A stretch of DNA of 64,000 nt from Acidilobaceae archaeon (GCA_027014125.1 JALWEI010000022.1:28128-92127), one strand, 5' to 3'. Counted from the first letter of the stretch, positions 20,241 to 29,510 are shown. Notes: generated from the sequence alone by a model not told the origin. Numbers and translations: made by a program.

Positions 20241-20348
20241 CCAGCCCCAAGAACTACAACCCAGGGGATCACATGTTCTCCTATTTCCTTTTTCCCACAC
20301 AGCACGAGGAAAAGAAGATAACACCCTCCACCCACACCTAAACTATAG

Positions 20349-20843
20349 GTGAAAAACGTGAAGCTCGAGGCAATAGACATAGAGATACCAGAGGGAGCAA
20401 ACGTCATAATAGGAAAAAGCCACTTCATCAAGACGGTAGAGGACCTCTACGAGGCCCTAGTAACAAGCTGCCCCAGCCTCAAGTTCGGCATAGCATTCTG
20501 CGAAGCCTCGCAGAAGAGGCTCATCAGGCATGATGGCAATGACGAGGAGCTGGAGGGTATGGCAGTAGAGGCATGTAAGAAGATAGCTGCTGGGCACGTG
20601 TTCGTGATCTACATACGCAGCGGGTGGCCAATCAACGTTCTCAACGCCATAAAGAACGTGCAGGAGGTCGTAAGCATAGAGACAGCGACCGCTAACCCGC
20701 TCAAAGTCGTAGTAGCAGACCTAGGGGAGCAGAGGGCCCTGCTGGGGGTAGCAGACGGCTTCACACCCCTAGGAGTAGAGGCGGAGGACGACAGGAAAGA
20801 GAGGATCGAGCTCCTAAGAAAAATAGGGTACAAGAGGGGCTAG
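20349..20843 (+). CDS. adenosine-specific kinase family protein (PAE2307-like)
   Basis: 164 aa. ...[18 protein letters not shown]...[21 protein letters not shown]...GHVFVIY...[15 protein letters not shown]... matches my recollection of this small archaeal family. Confidence 0.6.
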   Translation: MKNVKLEAIDIEIPEGANVIIGKSHFIKTVEDLYEALVTSCPSLKFGIAFCEASQKRLIRHDGNDEELEGMAVEACKKIAAGHVFVIYIRSGWPINVLNAIKNVQEVVSIETATANPLKVVVADLGEQRALLGVADGFTPLGVEAEDDRKERIELLRKIGYKRG

Positions 20844-22063
20844 CCAGAAAGAATACTCCTCAGCCTCTCCACGCCCTCAACAATATTTTCACGAGACGTC
20901 GCGAAGCTAAACCTCACAAAACCCTCCCCAGCCTTGTCAGGGAACGAGGATCCGGGCAGAACCAGTACGCCAGCCTTGAACAGTAGAGTCTTAACGAGCT
21001 CCTCGCTATCCCTAACACCAAGCCTAGCTATAGCACCAGTAACGCGAGGGAAGAGGTAGAAGGCTCCCTGAGGCCTATAAGACTCGAACCCAGGCACATC
21101 CTCTAGGAGCGAGGCGAGCAGGGAAGCCCTAGCCTCGAACTCCCTAACCATCTCCTCCACAGGCCCCCAGTCTCCCCTAAGAGCATCAACAGCAGCCTTC
21201 TGGGCAAAACTGGGCGCGCAGCTATACAGAGTAACCGCTAGGTCTACAAGCCTGGGTATAACCTCCCTCCTAGCCACCACGTACCCGAGCCTCCATCCAG
21301 TCATCGAGAAGGTCTTGGAGAAGCCGTTAACATAGACAAGGTAGTCTCTCCAGTCGTCGAAGGATAGGAAGCTCTTAAACCGGGCCCCGTTGAACACGAA
21401 GTTATCATATATCTCATCAGCAACGATGACTAGGCCCCTACGCCTAGCTAGCTCCATTATGGACTCGACCTGATCCTCTCCGAAAACCGCACCAGTGGGG
21501 TTGTGGGGGTTGGTAACCACTATGGCCCGGGTCTTGCTTGATACGGCATTTTCTATAGCCTCGATGTCTAGGCTGAACCCGTGGCCTGGGGTGAACCTCA
21601 TGGGAACAAATACAGGAGTCCCGCCGAAGATCTTAACCACCTGAGCGTAGGCATAGTAGCTGGGCTCGGGTATGATAACCTCATCCCCCGGCCTAACATA
21701 GGAGGCGAGGGCCATAAAGACTGCGGTCTTGGCCCCAGTAGTGACTATAACCTCCTCCGGATCCACCCCAGCATTATACCTCTTATTCAAGTACCACGAT
21801 ATAGCCTCCCTAAGCTCTGGTATACCAGCAGTCTCGGTGTACCCGGTGAAACCCTCGTCCAGGGCCCTCTTAGCACTCTCTCTTATATGGCGTGGTGTAA
21901 CATAGTCGGGCTGACCTATCCCAAAGCTTATAACCCTAATACCCCTAGCCTCGGCCTCCCGGGCGAGTCTTAGATAGGCGAACCCGGTCTCACCGATGAT
22001 CTCGTCTAGTATCGGGGAATAGTTGAGAGTTGGCTGGCTGCCCACGATTGGCACCCATGTCAA
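20840..22063 (-). CDS. class I/II PLP-dependent aminotransferase (aspartate aminotransferase-like)
   Basis: 407 aa with the [13 protein letters not shown] lysine motif, NPHNPTG and the typical fold order. Confidence 0.88.
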   Translation of the reverse strand: MTWVPIVGSQPTLNYSPILDEIIGETGFAYLRLAREAEARGIRVISFGIGQPDYVTPRHIRESAKRALDEGFTGYTETAGIPELREAISWYLNKRYNAGVDPEEVIVTTGAKTAVFMALASYVRPGDEVIIPEPSYYAYAQVVKIFGGTPVFVPMRFTPGHGFSLDIEAIENAVSSKTRAIVVTNPHNPTGAVFGEDQVESIMELARRRGLVIVADEIYDNFVFNGARFKSFLSFDDWRDYLVYVNGFSKTFSMTGWRLGYVVARREVIPRLVDLAVTLYSCAPSFAQKAAVDALRGDWGPVEEMVREFEARASLLASLLEDVPGFESYRPQGAFYLFPRVTGAIARLGVRDSEELVKTLLFKAGVLVLPGSSFPDKAGEGFVRFSFATSRENIVEGVERLRSILSG

Positions 22064-22126
22064 CAGTGGCCAGCTCGGGGATATAAGCCGGATCGGGAAC
22101 CATGATCCCCTAGCACCACGGGGGCG

Positions 22127-22666
22127 GTGGGTGCAGTGGCCAAGGGGAAGGTTAAGGTGAGGGTAGTATGGTACAAGATCCAGGAGGAGGACTATGGCGG
22201 GGTGTCAATAGAGGTACTAAAGCCGGTTAAGGAGTATGTTACGGAGGAGGCAGGCGACCCTGTTGACGTGATCCTCAGGGTCTCGGAGGCGTCATCAAAA
22301 GCCTCCACAGGCGACTACTTTGAGGTTATTGTGGAGGATAGGGATGTGAGGAGGATCATGGGAGAGTTCCCGAGGAGGGGGCAGAGGCAGAGGAGGGGGG
22401 TAGAGAGGATACTCCCCCGTCCAGCCAGGCTCCTAAGGGTTGGACTGCTAAGGGCGGGGCAGGCGGGTGGCGAGGGAGGGAGGCAGTTTAGGGTGGAGGA
22501 TGCAGAGTGGCATGCGCCACGGGGGGCTGTGTACGTCTATGAGGGTAGGGTCAGGATCGGTGAGGGTGTAGATGCGGTCATCGTTGATACAGACGCTGGA
22601 AGGGCGATTATAGTTAAGAGTCGGAGTAAGAGGAAGAAACCCTCTCAACCTCATAACGGATCATAG
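22127..22666 (+). CDS. hypothetical protein
   Basis: 179-aa ORF. The N-terminal 90 aa look protein-like. The central part is Arg/Gly-rich low complexity. Confidence 0.4.
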   Translation: MGAVAKGKVKVRVVWYKIQEEDYGGVSIEVLKPVKEYVTEEAGDPVDVILRVSEASSKASTGDYFEVIVEDRDVRRIMGEFPRRGQRQRRGVERILPRPARLLRVGLLRAGQAGGEGGRQFRVEDAEWHAPRGAVYVYEGRVRIGEGVDAVIVDTDAGRAIIVKSRSKRKKPSQPHNGS

Positions 22667-22913
22667 CTAATATATCATTATAATGAGTATTCCCTAGGTG
22701 CCTGCACAAGCCTAGGCCCGACCTAAGCCTGGCCCCACATATGGGGCAGACCGGCTCTCCTGGCTTGGGTCTACCTAGCTGTGTTGCCACGTTATTTGCG
22801 GCCTCTATTAGGTATCTAGGCGCTTCAGGCGTTCTTGGGCTCTTGGAGGAGCATGCTAGGGAGATTACGTACCTAACTATCGAGTCAAGGATCTTGTCCA
22901 CGGTATACCCCAT
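22614..22913 (-). CDS. small C2H2 zinc-finger protein
   Basis: 99 aa containing C-P-I-C-x12-H-x4-H (CPICGARLRSGLGLCRHLGNTH). Confidence 0.55.
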   Translation of the reverse strand: MGYTVDKILDSIVRYVISLACSSKSPRTPEAPRYLIEAANNVATQLGRPKPGEPVCPICGARLRSGLGLCRHLGNTHYNDILAMIRYEVERVSSSYSDS

Positions 22914-22916
22914 GCT

Positions 22917-23741
22917 TTACGGGTATATGGGGTCTAGGTGTATATCACTGTTGTCCATTACTATGGGGACTATCTCGACATACTCCCTGATGAGCGACGT
23001 CTTGAGCTTGGGCATAAGTACCTTCTCGACTTGGAATAGGCCGGCAGGGTTCCTCATATTGACTCGTATCCTCAGGGGCCTTATAGAGCCTGGCTCTATC
23101 TCGACGCTCCTTATGCTTAAGGCGGAGACTGCATGGATATCCGTCTTCCCGTGCTTATAGGGTAGTCTGGCCCTGCCCTCGGCCATGTCTGTCGCGTCGG
23201 CGACCTTGACTATACTAGCCTCCACTGTAAGCGCGTCCACCTCCATAGAGGTAGAGTATATTGCATGCATGACCTCGGCCTGTATTTTCGCCTGCAAGAG
23301 TCTATCCCCGCCTAGTAGCGGGGGCAGGATCCTCTCCAGTATATCCTTGGCAAGCATGGAGCCGATCAGCTCGTGGCTAACCCTGTGCACGGCATTTCCT
23401 ATATCGTGTAGGTATGCAGCTAGCATTACTATTAGTTTAGCCTGATCCTCGGAATCAACTATGCCATCCATTATGCTAGAAGGCTGTATCCCTGATTTGA
23501 GCAGTATATCGTAGATCTCCAGCGCAGACCCAGTAACTATTCTCGCGTGAAGGGGGCCGTGATCATTGTAGAGTAGCCTCTTCACCGTGGTTACGTTACT
23601 CATCTCCAGTAGCGCCTGTACCTCGGGATCCTCTTGGAGGGCCTTCCAGGCCCTGGCCAGCAGGCTGCTCTCCTCAATGTGCTTCTCGACGAGGGATGGG
23701 GTTACTAGGGTCAACCGGGCCTCACCTCCTCGTCGACCCAC
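22917..23741 (-). CDS. HD-domain phosphohydrolase
   Basis: 274 aa with HGPLHARIV... and AAYLHDIGNAVHR (H...HD...H metal ligands). Confidence 0.8.
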   Translation of the reverse strand: MGRRGGEARLTLVTPSLVEKHIEESSLLARAWKALQEDPEVQALLEMSNVTTVKRLLYNDHGPLHARIVTGSALEIYDILLKSGIQPSSIMDGIVDSEDQAKLIVMLAAYLHDIGNAVHRVSHELIGSMLAKDILERILPPLLGGDRLLQAKIQAEVMHAIYSTSMEVDALTVEASIVKVADATDMAEGRARLPYKHGKTDIHAVSALSIRSVEIEPGSIRPLRIRVNMRNPAGLFQVEKVLMPKLKTSLIREYVEIVPIVMDNSDIHLDPIYP

Positions 23742-24055
23742 TTCATGTAGTCGGGGTTGCCGCCGAGTATGGGTAGGGCGACCACCTCGGGCACGCTATA
23801 GGGGTGTATCCTCTTCACTTCAGCTACAAGCCTGTCTAGGACGTCGGCTCTAGTCTTGACTATGAGAAGCTCCTCCTGGTCCTCCTGGATCTCCCCCTGC
23901 CACCAGTATAGGCTAGTCAGGCCTGGGACTACGTTAACGCAGGCGGCAAGCCTGGATTCTACTAGTGCACGGGCGATCCTCTTACCCTCGCCCTTGGGGG
24001 TGGTTATTAGAACCACTATCCTACCGCTATTGCTTGGCACTCCCGTGTCACCCAC
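23711..24055 (-). CDS. cutA: divalent-cation tolerance protein CutA
   Basis: 114 aa. ...LVESRLAACVNVVPGLTSLYWWQGEIQEDQEELLIVKT...HPYSVPEVVALPI... is a typical CutA1 sequence. Confidence 0.88.
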   Translation of the reverse strand: MGDTGVPSNSGRIVVLITTPKGEGKRIARALVESRLAACVNVVPGLTSLYWWQGEIQEDQEELLIVKTRADVLDRLVAEVKRIHPYSVPEVVALPILGGNPDYMKWVDEEVRPG

Positions 24056-24102
24056 CTGTGGCGCAGGGATATGGTGATTGTTTGGGGCTAATATGCTGAC
24101 CC

Positions 24103-24747
24103 TTATATTATGTATAGCGTGGGCGGCTCTCTATGCCCTAGCGAGGAGGGGCTTAGCTCTGTTATGTCGATCTTAGACCCGTTGAAGCTGACGGTATAGA
24201 TCCCGTCTAGCCTTGCCTCCCATATATTATCCGCCAGGCTGTCGTGGCCGGGATAGAAGGATTCAAGGAGCCGTCTTGCCTCGGCTAGATCCTCGGGGCC
24301 CCTTCTAGCCGGCTCCTTGAGCGCCCATCTAGGCAGTAGTATAGCAGGGTTTGTGCTTGCAGGTATTGCTATGTAGAATTCCTCGGCTAGGGTCGAGTAG
24401 TTTAATATCTTGTATGAGGTTCTCGCCTTTATATAAGCTTCCCCGTACAGTATAAAGTTGTGTGGAATAAACCCGGTCTCAACCTCCACTATTACACTGC
24501 CCCAGGGAGCCTCCCCGTATATATCAGCCCTCAGCCCCCTGCCTAAGAGCTTCTCCACCTGGATATCGTATCCCATCTTATAGAGGTATACAGCCATAGC
24601 GTACTGAACAAGTGCATGGACCCCTGCAATCCCCCTCCTCCTGTAGAGGGATGACAAGGTGATGTACGCCTCTCGGAGCCCGTCGCTGGGCTCCACGCCC
24701 ATAAGCAGGTTTACCCTACTCAGCTGGGGCTCCAGGCTTCTAGCCAA
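24103..24747 (-). CDS. hypothetical protein (possible PD-(D/E)xK nuclease-like core)
   Basis: 214-aa ORF. ...GLRADIYGEAPWGSVIVEVETGF... has the D...E-x-E/K spacing of restriction-endonuclease-like folds. The assignment is weak. Confidence 0.4.
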   Translation of the reverse strand: MARSLEPQLSRVNLLMGVEPSDGLREAYITLSSLYRRRGIAGVHALVQYAMAVYLYKMGYDIQVEKLLGRGLRADIYGEAPWGSVIVEVETGFIPHNFILYGEAYIKARTSYKILNYSTLAEEFYIAIPASTNPAILLPRWALKEPARRGPEDLAEARRLLESFYPGHDSLADNIWEARLDGIYTVSFNGSKIDITELSPSSLGHREPPTLYII

Positions 24748-24871
24748 GACCAGGCGGCCCGAGTGTCTCTATAGCATACCCACGGTTATATGTGGAGATG
24801 GGTATTACCCACGGCGCTCCACGGAATAGCATTTAAGGAGGACGGCTTGTAGTTGGATACGGTGTCCAGGA

Positions 24872-26227
24872 TTGGATAGAGCCCTCGCAGTAGCCTCGGC
24901 CGCGCTAATCATAGCCCTAATAGGGTTCGGGGCAATATACGCAGGCATAACAAGCCTCAAAACACAGCTAGAAGAGGCTAACAACAGGATAGCAAACCTC
25001 CAAAACGAGGTGAAGGCACTGAAAGAGGCAAGCAGCGGCTACGCATCTACAACCCAGCTGGAGGATGTAAGGAGCGCGCTGCAAGAGATATCAGGGGATA
25101 TAAAAAGTATACAGAGCAAGATCGAGAAGGCGGCAACCCAGGGCGACGTACAAGAGATAGCACTCCAAGTAGCAAGCCTACAAGAAAGGCTAGCAGCCCT
25201 AGAGAAGCTAGCCTCGGAGGAGCTAAAGGGACAGATAGAAGAACTAACAACCCGGCTAGACGAGTTGCAAGCAGAGGTCCAGGAGCTATCGGCCAGGATA
25301 AAGTTCCCCGTAGTTGTGACAGACGCGACAGGGGAGCAGGTATTCATAGCATCAGAGCCGGAGAGAATAGTATCACTGGCACCAGCAGTAACCGAGACCC
25401 TATACTTCATAGGAGCACTAGACAAACTAGTCGGGGTTGACGAGTACTCGAACTACCCGCCAGTGGTAGCAGAGATGGTGGAAAACGGCACCATCAAGAC
25501 TATAGGGGGGTTCTGGAATCCCAGCATAGAGGAGATACTATCACTAGAACCAGACCTAGTCATAGGCGTAGATGCACCCCCACACAAGCAGGTAAAGGAG
25601 GTATTAAGGGACTACGGTATACCAGTAATAATCCTCCCCCAGAATAGCATAGACGACGTGAAAAGATCTATAATAATAACTGGAATGGCTACCGGGAACA
25701 TGGAGCAGGCAATAGACGTACTAGGAAAACTCAGCAGGACGCTAGCACAAGTCAAGACAATGGCAGACAGTATAGACGGTAAGGTGAAAGTAGCCCTCAT
25801 AGTATGGGTAAACCCGATATTCGTAGCAGGCAACGACACGTTCCAGAACGACATAATAGAGTTCGCTGGCGGCATAAACGCCTTTGCAAACCTAACAGGA
25901 TGGCCAGTAGTAAGCGCAGAGGACCTCCTAGCCGCTAAGCCAGACGTGATAATACTCTCCAGGATAAACGTCACAGACTTCCTAAACATACTAGTAGGCC
26001 AGCTAGGAGACTCGGCCCTAGAGATACCCGCGGTAGCAAACAAAAGGATATACACGATAACAGGAGACTACGCAGACATGCTATCCAGGCCCTCACCCAG
26101 AATCGCCCAGATCATCCCCCTAATACAGTACATACTATACCCACACCTATACGGCTCAACACCAGGCGATATACCACAAACAATATCGCCAGAGACAATG
26201 CCAGAGACACCACAACCCCAGGCATAA
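24872..26227 (+). CDS. ABC-transporter substrate-binding protein (BtuF/FecB, iron-siderophore/cobalamin type) with N-terminal TM anchor and long coiled-coil stalk
   Basis: 451 aa. It starts with a TM helix, followed by ~120 aa of heptad-rich Q/E/L sequence. Then comes ERIVSLAPAVTETLYFIGALDKLVGVDEYSNYP and the rest of a class III periplasmic-binding fold. Confidence 0.8.
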   Translation: MDRALAVASAALIIALIGFGAIYAGITSLKTQLEEANNRIANLQNEVKALKEASSGYASTTQLEDVRSALQEISGDIKSIQSKIEKAATQGDVQEIALQVASLQERLAALEKLASEELKGQIEELTTRLDELQAEVQELSARIKFPVVVTDATGEQVFIASEPERIVSLAPAVTETLYFIGALDKLVGVDEYSNYPPVVAEMVENGTIKTIGGFWNPSIEEILSLEPDLVIGVDAPPHKQVKEVLRDYGIPVIILPQNSIDDVKRSIIITGMATGNMEQAIDVLGKLSRTLAQVKTMADSIDGKVKVALIVWVNPIFVAGNDTFQNDIIEFAGGINAFANLTGWPVVSAEDLLAAKPDVIILSRINVTDFLNILVGQLGDSALEIPAVANKRIYTITGDYADMLSRPSPRIAQIIPLIQYILYPHLYGSTPGDIPQTISPETMPETPQPQA

Positions 26228-26238
26228 GGGGAGGAGCA

Positions 26239-27216
26239 CTGAACAGGATCCTAGGCTACACGCTCATCCTACTATTTCTACTATCAGCGGCGCTAGCAAG
26301 CCTACTAACCGGGCCCTACAAGGGGATAACACTAGGAGACATAGTAGACTACATCAAAGGCAACTACGAAGGGCCACACTCAGGAGTCTTAAGGTACAGG
26401 CTAGTAAGAACCACAGCAGCAATACTCGCAGGAGCCGCACTAGCCGGCTCAGGAATCGCAATCCAATACACACTCAGAAACCCCCTAGCAGACCCCTACC
26501 TCCTCGGCATATCAAGCGGCGCAGCACTAGGAGTACTGCTGCTAATACTAAAGGCACAGTCCCCGCCAGTATACGGTTTGTACGCCACGGCATTCATAGC
26601 AGGTCTAGGAAGCTTCGGGGCAGTAGTTATCCTCTCCACGCTGATGGGCCTATCAGCCACCGCAATGATAGTGGCAGGAGTGTCGGTGTCATACCTGCTA
26701 GGCGGTGTGAGCATGGTCCTCCTTGTCAGGCTGGGAGACAAGATACCCGGAGCAGCGGCATGGCTATTCGGGACAGTTGCATACGTAACACCAAACCAGC
26801 TGGTATATACTGCGATCGCATCAATAGCAAGCCTAGCAGGCCTACTACTCGTATCAAGGAGGATAGGAACCCTAATACTAGGAGAGGAGATGAGCAGGGG
26901 AATAGGGGTTAATGTAACAACACTAAGGCTAGCATCGGCGGCCCTAGCCTCACTAGCTGCGTCCAGTGTGGTAGCCATGGCCGGGCCTATAGGCTTCATC
27001 GGGCTCGCCGGGCCATGGATGGCCAGGCTACTAGTAGGATCATGGTTTCCCCACGCCTACCCGGCCGCGCTGATAGCAGGGGCCGCCCTGGCAGTCTTCT
27101 CGGACGTCACTGTAAGACTGATTGGGGGTGGCGAGGTGCCCCTTACCGCCGCATCGTCACTCTACGGCGGTATAGTATTGCTCTACCTAACCCTCAGGAG
27201 TGGAAGAGAGCTATGA
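26239..27216 (+). CDS. FecCD/BtuC-family ABC transporter permease (non-canonical start codon)
   Basis: The ORF track only calls 26578..27216. The same frame is open from before 26221 and encodes the conserved N-terminal half (RLVRTTAAILAGAALAGSGIAIQYTLRNPLADPYLLGISSGAALG). There is no ATG/GTG/TTG in that stretch. CTG 26239 (after GGGGAGGAG) or ATA 26224 are the candidate starts. Confidence 0.75.
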   Translation: MNRILGYTLILLFLLSAALASLLTGPYKGITLGDIVDYIKGNYEGPHSGVLRYRLVRTTAAILAGAALAGSGIAIQYTLRNPLADPYLLGISSGAALGVLLLILKAQSPPVYGLYATAFIAGLGSFGAVVILSTLMGLSATAMIVAGVSVSYLLGGVSMVLLVRLGDKIPGAAAWLFGTVAYVTPNQLVYTAIASIASLAGLLLVSRRIGTLILGEEMSRGIGVNVTTLRLASAALASLAASSVVAMAGPIGFIGLAGPWMARLLVGSWFPHAYPAALIAGAALAVFSDVTVRLIGGGEVPLTAASSLYGGIVLLYLTLRSGREL

Positions 27217-28016
27217 CAGGGTGTAGTGTCGAGGCGAGACATCTCAAGGTCGAGGTCGGTGGCAAGGTCCTCGTCGAGGTTGACGAGCTATCCCTGGGGC
27301 CCGGGGGACTTCACTTCATAATAGGGCCCAATGGGGCTGGCAAGACAACGCTCCTTAGGTCAATACTTGGCCTAACAAGGCACCAGGGGACAATCAGGAT
27401 ATGCGGCACCACGCCTAAGAGGGCGCGGGGACAGGTATCATACATCCCTGCATCCATAACGGTAGACCCCTGGGCCAGGGTAGTAGAGGTGGAGAAAGCG
27501 GTGCTCTATGGGGCCGAGCCTAGTCAGCCTGTAGATGTCGGCAAGCTACTTGGAGGTGTGGGCTTAGAGTGGGTTGCCAGCCTGGCCGGGAGGAGATTCG
27601 GAGAACTCAGTAGCGGAGAGCAGAGGCTGACGCTGATAACGGCAGCCATAGCGAGGGGGCCAAGGCTCCTGGTCGCCGATGAGCCCCTCTCATTCCTAGA
27701 TATATCCAACCAGGTCAGGGTGCTAGCCCTCCTCAGGGAGGTGTCTAAGCATGCAACCGTAGTTATGACCACGCATGAGATAATGTATGTAGGATACGCT
27801 GATACGGTAACACTACTCAATAGGGGTGCGATAGCCTATAGTGGGCCCCCCTCAGGCCTGGATACGGGGATCATAGAGGAGGCGTACGGGATCAGGGTTA
27901 GGAGTGTGGAGGTTGATGGAGTCAGGTTCCTCCTGCCCCACTCGGCTCAGATGGTCCGTGAACGCTTCACCACCCCCACCAGGGGGGCTCACGGCTCAAC
28001 CCAGCGGTCATCATAG
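27213..28016 (+). CDS. ABC transporter ATP-binding protein (FepC/BtuD-like)
   Basis: Walker A GPNGAGKTTLL, signature LSSGEQRL, Walker B LLVADEP. The ATG at 27213 overlaps the permease TGA (ATGA coupling). The upstream 66 codons in the track ORF overlap the permease and were rejected. Confidence 0.88.
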   Translation: MTGCSVEARHLKVEVGGKVLVEVDELSLGPGGLHFIIGPNGAGKTTLLRSILGLTRHQGTIRICGTTPKRARGQVSYIPASITVDPWARVVEVEKAVLYGAEPSQPVDVGKLLGGVGLEWVASLAGRRFGELSSGEQRLTLITAAIARGPRLLVADEPLSFLDISNQVRVLALLREVSKHATVVMTTHEIMYVGYADTVTLLNRGAIAYSGPPSGLDTGIIEEAYGIRVRSVEVDGVRFLLPHSAQMVRERFTTPTRGAHGSTQRSS

Positions 28017-29006
28017 CCTTGGGGCCGGGGGTCCCAAGCTCCTAAGCAGCCTAGCCGCGTTGCCCCTAAGTATAGCCTCCTTTGCCTTCCCCGGTATATC
28101 TAGGAGGCTTATCTCCCTAACCCAGTCCGCGGGCTTGGTGCCGGTGACATACGGGTAGTCGGAGCCGAAGAGTATCTTATCCCACCCGGACTCCTCAACA
28201 GCTAGCCTCACGAAGTACGGGTCCACCGCGCTGGTGTCGGCGTATACGTTATCCCTAGAGAGGGCCTTAACCGCCTCGTGGAAGAATATACCGGGCGTGA
28301 GGGCGCTATAGGAGCCCAGGTGGGCTACCACGAACACCAGATCCCTATGCCTCCTAGCGGCATCCTCGACGAGCGAGGGCCTAGCGTGGCTGCATAGGCT
28401 GGGGAGCTCCCATACTCCAGGGTCGCAGCCGGTGTGGACTATCACGATCTTCCCCCTACCCTCTAGCTCCCTGTAGAGCTTGGATAGGCTGCCATGGTTG
28501 GGCCTGATGAAGTGTAGTGTGGGAAAGATCTTTACGCCAATTATCTTGTCCAGGACCCTGCGTAGCCTGGATATGTTTCCGTCCACCCCGAGGTCGGGGT
28601 TGTAGCTGGCCACCGGTATGATCTCGGGGTGGAGGCGGGCGGCCTCCAGCACCTCCTCGGTCGTCCTAGTATGCTCCCTAAGGAAATCCACGTGCTCCTC
28701 AAGAGCGTCCCTAGTCTTGTATACCAGGTTAGTTAGCATCGGTATCCTGCTGAGGGCAACAAGGTCCATATACTCCCCCAGTGCATTATAGACCCTCCGC
28801 TCATCCACATTACTACGGAAAAGCCTGATACTAGGCTCAACCGCTATGACGAGGCCAGCCTCTATACATGCCTCCCTCCAGGCATCTACAAGGATCCCGC
28901 CAGCCCTCCCGGGATCCCTAGCCCACCATGGTAGGTGGGCGTGCATGTCTACAGGGTGCAGGCTACAGTCCAAGGCCCCCTTCTCCATCCAGCCAGGCCC
29001 CAGCAT
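28011..29006 (-). CDS. TIM-barrel metal-dependent hydrolase (amidohydrolase_2 type)
   Basis: 331 aa with DMHAHLP, VIVHTGCDPG, VAHLGSY and FGSDYPY motifs. Confidence 0.75.
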   Translation of the reverse strand: MLGPGWMEKGALDCSLHPVDMHAHLPWWARDPGRAGGILVDAWREACIEAGLVIAVEPSIRLFRSNVDERRVYNALGEYMDLVALSRIPMLTNLVYKTRDALEEHVDFLREHTRTTEEVLEAARLHPEIIPVASYNPDLGVDGNISRLRRVLDKIIGVKIFPTLHFIRPNHGSLSKLYRELEGRGKIVIVHTGCDPGVWELPSLCSHARPSLVEDAARRHRDLVFVVAHLGSYSALTPGIFFHEAVKALSRDNVYADTSAVDPYFVRLAVEESGWDKILFGSDYPYVTGTKPADWVREISLLDIPGKAKEAILRGNAARLLRSLGPPAPRL

Positions 29007-29403
29007 ATGATAGCCAGCTAAGGGTTATTAGGCACTAACCGCTGCACGTAAGCAAGCAACCCTCGAAACACTCCATACTCTCGCAATCCTCAGCACAGAT
29101 CTGCACGCAATCCATCCCAACCAGCACCCAGAGCCGTGCACCAGTGCCACGAGATAACAGGCCGGGCATTATTAAATAGAAGATACCAGTCACACCGAGT
29201 AATAACTATAATAAGGGTCGGGACGGGAATACTACGCTTCACCGCGCTCCATGCAGACAGCATCTATTTGAGGCGGGCAAGAGAGGGAGCAGCATGCACC
29301 CTAGCATCCTAGCCTAAAGATGCTAGGTTAATAGTGCCGCCATTTCCATCTAGCCAGCCAAGTAATGGTGGATACACGGGGCAGGATGGGGACGGACCCC
29401 GAT

Positions 29404-29482
29404 TGGTGCGGCGGCCGGGATTTGAGCCCGGGATCACCGGCTTGGGAGGCCGGCGTCCTAGTCCAGGCTAGACGACGGCCGC
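29404..29482 (-). tRNA. tRNA-Gly (anticodon CCC), CCA encoded
   Basis: Reverse complement reads GCGGCCG-TC-GTCT..GGAC-G-CCGGC-CTCCCAA-GCCGG-TGATC-CCGGG-CTCAAAT-CCCGG-CCGCCGC-A-CCA. There is one C6:C67 acceptor mismatch and C at position 54. Confidence 0.85.
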
Positions 29483-29510
29483 TCCTTGTTGTTAGGGTGG
29501 ATTGTAGGGG

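Noticed and set aside
27015-27212. 66-codon N-terminal extension of the ABC ATPase ORF
   Set aside because: It completely overlaps the permease 3' end and is Arg/Gly/Pro-rich. An ATG at 27213 gives a normal-length ATPase with ATGA stop-start coupling.
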